The notes below the pieces were generated by a model. The model had not been told where the DNA came from. It made no database searches and was given only the letters and a program-made list of their open reading frames with translations. A program made the position numbers and the translations under genes. From Campylobacterales bacterium (lineage in GTDB: Bacteria; Campylobacterota; Campylobacteria; Campylobacterales; QNZT01), in contig JAOZKZ010000002.1 of the NCBI GenBank assembly GCA_029935075.1, positions 1 through 39,449 of the forward strand: DNA of 39,449 nucleotides, in the 5' to 3' direction. Positions 31,301-38,315 of this stretch are shown one piece after another (within the stretch, counting starts at the first letter, position 1; the number at the start of each line of letters is the position of its first letter).

Positions 31301-32803
31301 ATGGAAAAGCAAATAGAACAATGGAAACGAAGTGTAAGACAATCTAATCTACAAGATGACCCAGAAGATGCAAGAGACTATCTGTTTAATCCTGCTAAGC
31401 TACCCCAGGCACCATTACCAGCAAGCAAAGACCTAAGACCCCTGACACCACAAGTCGAAGACCAAGGAAATATAGGCTCTTGTGTTGCACAAGCTTGTGT
31501 AAATATGTATGAGATACTCTTGACTAAATCCGATAATTTTTATGACCTGAGTAGATTATTTTTATACTACACAGTAAGAGAAGAACGACCAGAATTGTGT
31601 TGTATAGATGCAGGAGCATATCTAAGAGATGGTGTAAGAGAAGCATACAAAAAAGGTGTTTGTAAAGAGAGCATTTATCCTTATATAACATCTAAAGTAA
31701 ATGAAAAACCCACACCAGAAGCTTATCAAAATGCTTTAAGTACAAAAGTAGGGAGATATGAGAGAGTCCATGGATTGGATTCTGGTTATTATGCCAATCC
31801 TTTAGCAATACAGGATATGAAAATGGCATTGGCAAAGGGGTTTCCAGTAGCGATTTCTATGAAACTGGCTAATGAATTTTTTAGCCTATCGGGTCCACTT
31901 AGCACCCACGATTATAAGGGAATAGATGAAGAACACCCTAGTATAGGCGGTCACGCTATGTGTATAGTCGGATTCGATGATGCCATGAACGGTTTCATTG
32001 TTGAAAACTCATGGGGACCTAGTTTCGGTGATGGTGGATTCTGGTTATTGGATTATGATATAGTCATGACTAATGTTAGGGATGGATGGGTAGTTACTAA
32101 TTTTAACGGAATAGATTATGAGGATGAGTGGGCACCAGATGCACAACTCACTAATAACACTGCTTTAAATTTTCCATTTTATATTGAAGATTTTGAAGGT
32201 TTCGGTCCCATGACATCTACAGTCCAAGGTGGCACTGGTGACTTGGAATACAGCTGGAGAATGGATGCTTATGGATTAGACACTGCTTTAACACATGCAT
32301 CAGAAAAAACCGCTTATTTCAGGCTACCGGGACACACTAAAAATCCTACTACATATACTGGTTATGTATATGTAAGTGACACGACTGGGTTAAGCTGTAA
32401 GCAACTCTTTACACTAAACATGTTCGATGGTCATAACCCTAATTATGAATCACCCAGTGCCGATTTTGTAAGACGATTATATACTGTTATGTTAGAAAGA
32501 CCAGCAGATGAATCAGGTGTATCTTATTGGGCAGAGGCATTAGATAATCAAATCATAACAGGTGCAGGTATAGTAAAAGCATTTACAGAACAACCGGAAT
32601 ACGATGAAAAGATGTATACAGAGTGTGAAGAAGTGTCTAAAATATATCAAACTATGCTCAAACGAGACCCTGATTGTCCGGGATATGCTTATTGGTTGAG
32701 TTATTATGTTGAAAATCAATCATTAGATAGTATGATTGATGGATTATCACATAGTGACGAGTTTATTTCCATATGCCGTGAAGCTGGTATAAGACCTTAT
32801 TAA
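31301..32803 (+). CDS. papain-like (C1 family) cysteine peptidase with C-terminal DUF4214-like repeats
   Basis: QGNIGSCVAQAC carries the catalytic Cys context, and GGHAMCIVGFDD...VENSWG carries the His and Asn-Ser-Trp. The C-terminus has FVRRLYTVMLERPADESGVSYW and IYQTMLKRDPDCPGYAYW. Confidence 0.75.
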   Translation: MEKQIEQWKRSVRQSNLQDDPEDARDYLFNPAKLPQAPLPASKDLRPLTPQVEDQGNIGSCVAQACVNMYEILLTKSDNFYDLSRLFLYYTVREERPELCCIDAGAYLRDGVREAYKKGVCKESIYPYITSKVNEKPTPEAYQNALSTKVGRYERVHGLDSGYYANPLAIQDMKMALAKGFPVAISMKLANEFFSLSGPLSTHDYKGIDEEHPSIGGHAMCIVGFDDAMNGFIVENSWGPSFGDGGFWLLDYDIVMTNVRDGWVVTNFNGIDYEDEWAPDAQLTNNTALNFPFYIEDFEGFGPMTSTVQGGTGDLEYSWRMDAYGLDTALTHASEKTAYFRLPGHTKNPTTYTGYVYVSDTTGLSCKQLFTLNMFDGHNPNYESPSADFVRRLYTVMLERPADESGVSYWAEALDNQIITGAGIVKAFTEQPEYDEKMYTECEEVSKIYQTMLKRDPDCPGYAYWLSYYVENQSLDSMIDGLSHSDEFISICREAGIRPY

Positions 32804-32805
32804 GG

Positions 32806-34089
32806 CTAAGCATTAGCAATGTCATACACCGTATGACCCCTTGTGCTTTCCCATGATACATCGGTTCCTGATGTATTTAACCACAAAGTAGGTTTTTTGG
32901 CTCTTTTCCAATCTTGGTGAGAACCTACATCTTCAATATACATATCGGATATCATAACCAAAACATCATAGTTTATCTTCTCGTCTAACAAGAATCTAAT
33001 CATACTGGACATATCCGTGCCACCTTGACCTTTTCTTACGAATGTTTTTTGTTTCTCTTGAAACTCTTCTAATCCTTTGATATTGGTATCAATTTGTACC
33101 AGTTTAAGGTTAGAATGAGTCATCTTGGCAACGGCATTAATTTCTACTAGTCCTTTGAAAATCTCTTCATCGGACATGCTCCCAGAAACATCCACGCCTA
33201 CTACTATCTCAGGGGTGTCATAAAAGACCTTTTTACCCTTGATATCATGACGGTTAGGAAGCCTGCGGTCTCTTCTCTTGATGGTTCTTGTGTTAGCGCC
33301 TTTTTTAGAAGAGACTATTTTCTTTAGAATTTTCTTCCATGAGAGCTTAGGTTCTTTTTTCCAAAGCTTAAGCATATCTTGGATATCTTGTGGTGTATTC
33401 CCTATTGCTTTTTCCATGGCATCCCCAAGGATTTTCTCCATAGTATTTCTGGCTAGCTCTTCATCATCAGAGTCCATTTCAGACCATTTACCGTGATCAT
33501 CAAGTGTCAGTTCATCACCAGAAGTAAGGTCAGGGTGTCCAGATTTAGGTTTCCACTGACCCTCAGAGCCTTCAGAATCTTTACCATCACCTTCACCATC
33601 ACCTTCAGAACCTTCACCATCTTCACAACTGTCCTGGTATTCTTGTTTCTCTTTTTCTTGGCTTTTTTGCTCTTCTTTTAAGAGCTGGTAGTAATGCTCA
33701 GAAGTAAGATTTTTAGGGAAACTAAAGGTCTCTGGGAACATACCCGTTTTAGGGATATTTTTAATTTTTTGATTAATGGCTATATCACAAGCACAATTAA
33801 ACAAGGTGTGGTCTCTTTCACCTTTTCTAAAAATATGCTGAAGGATGACATGTTGGCACTCGTGTACCAGAACTGCCATTCTCTCCTCTTTGGTAAGAGT
33901 ATCAAAAAACTCCAGGTTGACCAAAAGATTATAAACATTATTATAGAACCCTGCCCCTGCTGTGGGAACCTTGGTGGTCATCTCTACTCGCATCTTGGAT
34001 ATAACAAAGCTATAAAAACTCAGGTCTATATATTTAGGGTCAGACATCATGCTCATAAATGCCTCGTCAAATGTGTTATCAAATTTCAT
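32806..34089 (-). CDS. vWA-domain protein with an N-terminal HExxH metallopeptidase-like domain (DUF2201-like architecture)
   Basis: It has VLVHECQHVILQH (HExxH), an acidic linker DGEGSEGDGEGDG, and the vWA MIDAS start VVGVDVSGSMSD. Confidence 0.7.
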   Translation of the reverse strand: MKFDNTFDEAFMSMMSDPKYIDLSFYSFVISKMRVEMTTKVPTAGAGFYNNVYNLLVNLEFFDTLTKEERMAVLVHECQHVILQHIFRKGERDHTLFNCACDIAINQKIKNIPKTGMFPETFSFPKNLTSEHYYQLLKEEQKSQEKEKQEYQDSCEDGEGSEGDGEGDGKDSEGSEGQWKPKSGHPDLTSGDELTLDDHGKWSEMDSDDEELARNTMEKILGDAMEKAIGNTPQDIQDMLKLWKKEPKLSWKKILKKIVSSKKGANTRTIKRRDRRLPNRHDIKGKKVFYDTPEIVVGVDVSGSMSDEEIFKGLVEINAVAKMTHSNLKLVQIDTNIKGLEEFQEKQKTFVRKGQGGTDMSSMIRFLLDEKINYDVLVMISDMYIEDVGSHQDWKRAKKPTLWLNTSGTDVSWESTRGHTVYDIANA

Positions 34090-34098
34090 TTTGTTCCT

Positions 34099-34138
34099 TC
34101 TCTTTTTATACCCTATTATACCACACCTTTGCTTAAAA
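34099..34138 (-). promoter_or_regulatory. early-class promoter/leader, 40-nt copy B (identical to 9344..9383)
   Basis: The sense strand reads TTTTAAGcaaaggtgTGGTATAATagggtataaaaagaga, then AGGAACAAAATG. Confidence 0.75.
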
Positions 34139-34143
34139 AGAGG

Positions 34144-34416
34144 TTAATCTTTACATGTACAATCGTCACAGCCCGAGCAGTCCTTCTTTTCTTCCATTTC
34201 TTTTATATATTCATGTAATATTGTATTAATAAACACCTCTACATCATCTTCTGCTTCTTTTAGGGTTCTTTGGTTCTTTAGTGCCGTGTAAAATTCATCT
34301 GGGAATTGAATACTCACTCCATCTTCGGTGTCCTGTATCTCTTGGAATGGTGATTTTTGAAATTCATTTACATAGTCGTTAAAAATCTCTTGTACTGATT
34401 GTTTTGTTTTTTTCAT
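34144..34416 (-). CDS. hypothetical early protein with a Cys-rich C-terminus
   Basis: ORF of 90 aa ending in CSGCDDCTCKD. The promoter at 34436..34458 lies upstream. Confidence 0.55.
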   Translation of the reverse strand: MKKTKQSVQEIFNDYVNEFQKSPFQEIQDTEDGVSIQFPDEFYTALKNQRTLKEAEDDVEVFINTILHEYIKEMEEKKDCSGCDDCTCKD

Positions 34417-34421
34417 TTTGA

Positions 34422-34470
34422 TCCTTTATAAATACATTATAACACAATAAACTTAAACCAAGATAAAGGA
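34422..34470 (+). promoter_or_regulatory. late promoter TATAAATA (34427..34434) inside an 8-bp anti-SD/SD hairpin, overlapping a divergent early promoter
   Basis: TCCTTTAT (34422..34429) pairs with ATAAAGGA (34463..34470), which contains the SD of 34476. On the other strand, TGTTATAAT (34436..34444) with GTTTAAG (34452..34458) faces 34416. Confidence 0.55.
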
Positions 34471-34475
34471 ACAAA

Positions 34476-34889
34476 ATGAACGAGTTTAAAACATTTCTAT
34501 CCGAGGGCTCTGTCCAGGCGGATGTAGCCCAGAGCACAGGGAATTTATACACAGAGGAAGATTTCACCCTAGAAGATATCCAGGAGATGCTTCTGGCATT
34601 AGATGAAGAGGAAATTCAAGAGATAGGCGAAGAGATAATAGAGATGCTCGAGGATGAGGATGAGCTTGAAGATTATGAAGATGAGGTTGACGAGGGAACC
34701 AAAAGGCAAAAGAAATCAAAGGCTCAGGTAGCCCGTGATTACAAAAAAATTCCTTTACCTCAGCGGAAGCAAGACGCAAAGAACAGAAAGAAATTTATAA
34801 GACAAAACAAAACCAAAGTAAAGCAGTGGAGAAATAAAGCAAAAAGAAATAGAAAAGCCCACCCAAGTGGTGTATCTACACACCGTTAA
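34476..34889 (+). CDS. highly charged late protein (acidic N-half, Lys/Arg-rich C-half)
   Basis: The ORF is 137 aa. EEIQEIGEEIIEMLEDEDELEDYEDEVDE is followed by KRQKKSKAQ...RNKAKRNRKAH. Confidence 0.55.
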   Translation: MNEFKTFLSEGSVQADVAQSTGNLYTEEDFTLEDIQEMLLALDEEEIQEIGEEIIEMLEDEDELEDYEDEVDEGTKRQKKSKAQVARDYKKIPLPQRKQDAKNRKKFIRQNKTKVKQWRNKAKRNRKAHPSGVSTHR

Positions 34890-34895
34890 ACACTG

Positions 34896-36242
34896 TTAAC
34901 CAGGTGGTGTCCAAGGAGCATCAATCCCTGTATCAATCCCCTTAATACCCTGGGGTTTACTATCATTCAGGTTATCTATAAACCTAAATTTAGAGTAATC
35001 GAATGAAATGTCAAAGCTCCATGTTTTACCTGCCATTCTATTTTTAACGAAATTTATCTTCATTTTACCCGTGTCTTTCATCTCAGGGGTTTGTGATATA
35101 ATGAAGGCAGAATCAAGGGTCATGAGTATTTTCATGGATTCTGAAAGCGAGCTTTGATCCGCTTCTGTATTATTGATAGCATTTCTGTTTAACTGTAAAG
35201 GTGTAAACATAACAAGGTTTCTTTTCTGGGCTATTGCTCTGAGTTCCTCTGCTATGGAACCATAATAACTATAAGAGTTATCCGCATTTTTCATCCTGTC
35301 TGATGCCATCAACCCAAGGTAATCTATAATTACTAATGGTTCTTTTATATTTTTTTCTATCTGGAGTTTATTAAGATACCCATCTAACCCAAGGGGTGTC
35401 AAACCACCAGCACTAAACTCCTTTATCACCAGCTGTCCTATATGGTCTTTTATTTGGTTGTGTTGGGCTTTTATCACCTCTTTTTCCATATCAGGAAGAC
35501 TGGATATATTAACATCATAAAGATTAGCATAAATTCTCTTAGATACCTCTGCCTCTGACATCTCCAAGGAGACAAAAACCACATCCTTTTTCTGTAACAA
35601 AAACTGTACAGCAAATGCAGTCATGGCGGCAGATTTACCCACCCCTGATGCTGCCATAGCCGAGTGAAGTGTCTTGGGTGTATACCCTTGTCCTATCATA
35701 TTATCAAAACTAGGTATATTGAGTTTAATCCCTGGTTTTTCTTTAAACTCCTCGAACACCTGGTCAATATCCTCTAAAAAGACACCAAAATCAGAATCCA
35801 AGGATACTTTTACTGATTCCTCGGCAAGGGCGAATGACTCCATTTTCATTTCTTGATTATGGGCACCTAGTGCATCTGCACCTTTTATAATTGCCTTAGT
35901 AAATATAGCATCTTTTATAAACAACTCGGTTTGTTTTATCAAGAGGTCTTTGTTTACCTGCTCTGTTTGGGTGTTTAGTTCTTTAATGCCTGTTTTAACA
36001 AGGTCTTTGGTCTTCTGGTCGGAGTTTTTGTGCTGTATAATGATATCCTTCAGGGAAGGTATCTCTTGAAAATCTTGGTAGTGATTCTTTATGGTATCAA
36101 AGATAACCCCCTGGGAAACATCACTGAAATATTCTTTTTTCAGGTGGTGTATCACTGACCCGAAATACTCAGAGTCGTTAAGTAAGGACAAATTTACCTC
36201 TAGTTCTAACAGGGCTTTTACATTTTTATCTTCTAAGTTCAA
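34896..36242 (-). CDS. gp41: gp41/DnaB-type replicative helicase
   Basis: It has Walker A AMAASGVGKSAAM, Walker B LVIIDYLGLM, and RecA-like C-domain length and order. The apparent start is TTG, after AAGGA. Confidence 0.75.
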   Translation of the reverse strand: MNLEDKNVKALLELEVNLSLLNDSEYFGSVIHHLKKEYFSDVSQGVIFDTIKNHYQDFQEIPSLKDIIIQHKNSDQKTKDLVKTGIKELNTQTEQVNKDLLIKQTELFIKDAIFTKAIIKGADALGAHNQEMKMESFALAEESVKVSLDSDFGVFLEDIDQVFEEFKEKPGIKLNIPSFDNMIGQGYTPKTLHSAMAASGVGKSAAMTAFAVQFLLQKKDVVFVSLEMSEAEVSKRIYANLYDVNISSLPDMEKEVIKAQHNQIKDHIGQLVIKEFSAGGLTPLGLDGYLNKLQIEKNIKEPLVIIDYLGLMASDRMKNADNSYSYYGSIAEELRAIAQKRNLVMFTPLQLNRNAINNTEADQSSLSESMKILMTLDSAFIISQTPEMKDTGKMKINFVKNRMAGKTWSFDISFDYSKFRFIDNLNDSKPQGIKGIDTGIDAPWTPPG

Positions 36243-36259
36243 ATTAATCCTTCTTTGCT

Positions 36260-36655
36260 TTACTTCATGAATCCTTCGTTATAAAGGTTGTACATTTTGT
36301 TTTTTTGGTCTGTGTCCATCATCTCGAAATACTCTTGGGCATGTATTTCATTTACTTTGTATTTTCTTTGTATATTAGAGAGTAATTGCTGGAACTCGGT
36401 GTTTTGTTTCTCTTTGCTGAACTGGATAAATTTTACCTTGTTTTTCATCCTTGTGAGATAAATCCAATCTTCACAGAATTTGTACTGATTTGAGACAGGG
36501 ATACTGTAGTTTTTATTTATTTCGTTTCCCATTTGTAGTGTGTGTTTGTTATTTGACAGCCACCCTACTAAAAAGAAGGAATTCATCGTGCCTTTCTCTT
36601 CTTCTGTTGGGGTGGTGTTGTTTAGTAACGAGGTCATTACCTTAAAAGGTGTCAT
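36260..36655 (-). CDS. possible gp62-like clamp-loader small subunit
   Basis: NSFFLVGWLSNN, KNKVKFIQFSKEK and RKYKVNEIHAQEYFEMM resemble gp62 patterns recalled from cyanophage and T4 sequences. The call is weak. Confidence 0.4.
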   Translation of the reverse strand: MTPFKVMTSLLNNTTPTEEEKGTMNSFFLVGWLSNNKHTLQMGNEINKNYSIPVSNQYKFCEDWIYLTRMKNKVKFIQFSKEKQNTEFQQLLSNIQRKYKVNEIHAQEYFEMMDTDQKNKMYNLYNEGFMK

Positions 36656-36931
36656 TTAAGTTCTCGCGTTAACTTCTTCTTGAAACTTCGTGGATTTCTC
36701 TTTATAAAAATCCTCGAGGGTTTTCTCTGGTTTTACTACATATTCAATATCAGTTTCTGCTATTTCCATCTGTGGTATAAATGTATCAAGCATCTCTAGG
36801 TCATAAGGAGTAATACTCAACCCCTCTACGGTTCTTTTAAGTTCAAAAGGAATCTTTAGCTTAATGTTTTCTTTATTTTTAACGGTATCTGCTATCAAGT
36901 ATTTATCATTGTATTTTACTATATTTATCAT
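36656..36931 (-). CDS. hypothetical protein, paralogue of 36940..37221
   Basis: IPFELKRTVEGLSITPYDLEMLDTFIPQMEIAETDIEYVVKP aligns with DPYSLQMGAEGMSISPLDYAIVGKTIPEITIKNINVMYSVEP. Confidence 0.55.
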   Translation of the reverse strand: MINIVKYNDKYLIADTVKNKENIKLKIPFELKRTVEGLSITPYDLEMLDTFIPQMEIAETDIEYVVKPEKTLEDFYKEKSTKFQEEVNART

Positions 36932-36939
36932 ACTTTTCC

Positions 36940-37221
36940 TTATGTTATAATTTCTTGGTTAGGTTCTTCAATCCCAGACAGTGCTTTCAGATAAGAATTG
37001 CTCATCTCTTGAATGGGCTCTACTGAATACATAACATTGATGTTTTTAATAGTAATTTCAGGGATAGTCTTCCCTACTATTGCATAATCCAAGGGGCTTA
37101 TGCTCATGCCTTCTGCTCCCATTTGAAGCGAATAAGGATCAGTTATTACAATATCTTGTTCTTGTTCTGTAGTTTTACCAATGATTATATCATTAGTGAT
37201 TAGTCTTGTTACTTTTACCAT
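36940..37221 (-). CDS. hypothetical protein, paralogue of 36656..36931
   Basis: See the paralogue alignment. It is preceded by AAGGAAAGAA and the promoter at 37243..37265. Confidence 0.55.
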   Translation of the reverse strand: MVKVTRLITNDIIIGKTTEQEQDIVITDPYSLQMGAEGMSISPLDYAIVGKTIPEITIKNINVMYSVEPIQEMSNSYLKALSGIEEPNQEIIT

Positions 37222-37242
37222 TTCTTTCCTTTGTTTTGATTT

Positions 37243-37265
37243 ATTATACCATTTTAGGCTTAAAA
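37243..37265 (-). promoter_or_regulatory. early-class promoter, TTTAAG-N10-TATAAT
   Basis: The sense strand reads TTTTAAGcctaaaaTGGTATAATaaatc. Confidence 0.65.
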
Positions 37266-37286
37266 TAGGCTTAAAACTTTAGTAAA

Positions 37287-37298
37287 CCCCCTCGGGGG
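37287..37298 (-). terminator. GC-rich hairpin after the OMP gene
   Basis: On the sense strand, CCCCCGAGGGGG is followed by TTTACTAAAGTTTT, about 18 nt after the stop codon. Confidence 0.5.
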
Positions 37299-37315
37299 AA
37301 GGGGCTTTAAAAGGC

Positions 37316-37939
37316 TTAAAATTTATAATTTAAACCAACCGAAACGATATTTGTATTAATATCGTCATCAATGTTTACAAACTGGTCAATCTCAAGAACA
37401 GGCTGAATCACATAATCAACAAAAACTTGTACTTGATCAGTGACATTATACCCTGCTCCTAGACCCCATGTAAACCCATCTACAGATGTAGTATAAGAAT
37501 ATCTCTGAGTACCATCAAAGTCGTCACCTTGTGTGTAGTCTACTGAACCGTATCCAGCGAGCCCATAGACACTGAAGTCATCAACAAAAAACTCAGGTTT
37601 CAAGTAAGCACCGATATAAGAAGTCTCTAGCATATTGTCTCCCATAAGGCTCAATCCGCCTCTACCCTCTACACTCATTGCCCATGCACCAGTGTTATAA
37701 AAAGTATAACCAATGTCACCTTGAACACCATAAGTAGTCTTGTTATATGCACTCGTGCTGAACCAATCAGCATTACCAGATACGAATGTTTGGTTTGCTG
37801 TCATTGCGGCACCTACATAAGCTCCTGTGAATGGTGCGATTACTTCTGGTGTTACCGGTGCGATTGGTGCGATGTTTCCACCTGCTTGTACTGCTGTTGC
37901 TATTACTGTTGCTGCTACTACGCTAAAAATTGTCTTCAT
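37316..37939 (-). CDS. outer-membrane beta-barrel protein (moron)
   Basis: It has the signal peptide MKTIFSVVAATVIATAVQA|GG, alternating Gly/Tyr-rich beta-strand pattern, and the C-terminal signature VGLNYKF. Confidence 0.75.
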   Translation of the reverse strand: MKTIFSVVAATVIATAVQAGGNIAPIAPVTPEVIAPFTGAYVGAAMTANQTFVSGNADWFSTSAYNKTTYGVQGDIGYTFYNTGAWAMSVEGRGGLSLMGDNMLETSYIGAYLKPEFFVDDFSVYGLAGYGSVDYTQGDDFDGTQRYSYTTSVDGFTWGLGAGYNVTDQVQVFVDYVIQPVLEIDQFVNIDDDINTNIVSVGLNYKF

Positions 37940-38018
37940 GTTTATCCTTTGCCCTTGGTTTAGGGTCTTTTAAAAAATTTGTTTATTGAGCTGTTTTGTT
38001 TTTTTTTTAATGGCTAAG

Positions 38019-38237
38019 CTAGACTGGCTTAAAACCTTGTATAAATCTCAATACATCATCAAAAAAAGACTCTATTTTTTTATCAATAACCCTTAAAGGA
38101 TTACTAAAAACAGGGACGAAGAACTTAAGGCTTATTTTTTTCCAAAATGACTTTAACCTAAAGAAAGGTAAAAGGTCAGTAATATTATACAAACTATAAA
38201 ATTCTTTTAGTCGTTGTTGTCTTAGTGTTAGAACCAT
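38019..38237 (-). CDS. hypothetical protein
   Basis: ORF of 72 aa preceded by AAAGGAGGTAAA and the promoter at 38258..38280. Confidence 0.5.
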   Translation of the reverse strand: MVLTLRQQRLKEFYSLYNITDLLPFFRLKSFWKKISLKFFVPVFSNPLRVIDKKIESFFDDVLRFIQGFKPV

Positions 38238-38257
38238 TTTACCTCCTTTAGTGTACT

Positions 38258-38280
38258 ATTATACCGTTTTATTCTTAAAA
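38258..38280 (-). promoter_or_regulatory. early-class promoter, TTTAAG-N10-TATAAT
   Basis: The sense strand reads TTTTAAGaataaaaCGGTATAATagtac. Confidence 0.6.
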
Positions 38281-38315
38281 TAAACTTAAAGCTTTTAATG
38301 TCTTATTTATAAACC

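Noticed and set aside
32800-32810. Convergent stop codons only 2 nt apart (protease versus vWA gene) considered as a bidirectional terminator
   Set aside because: There is no hairpin or space for one. I noted it only as possible transcriptional interference within the vWA finding.
8183-34089. MoxR plus vWA plus beta-propeller (RCC1) considered as a single 'ternary' NTP-dependent conflict system
   Set aside because: The three genes are not adjacent. The RCC1 protein has a fibre-type N-terminus and a late promoter, while MoxR and vWA have early promoters. Only the MoxR-vWA link is supported, by their shared promoter.
36260-36655. The 131-aa ORF considered as a gp59 helicase loader because it is adjacent to gp41
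   Set aside because: It is much shorter than T4 gp59 (217 aa), and I see no matching motifs. The gp62-like pattern fits better, but that call remains low-confidence.
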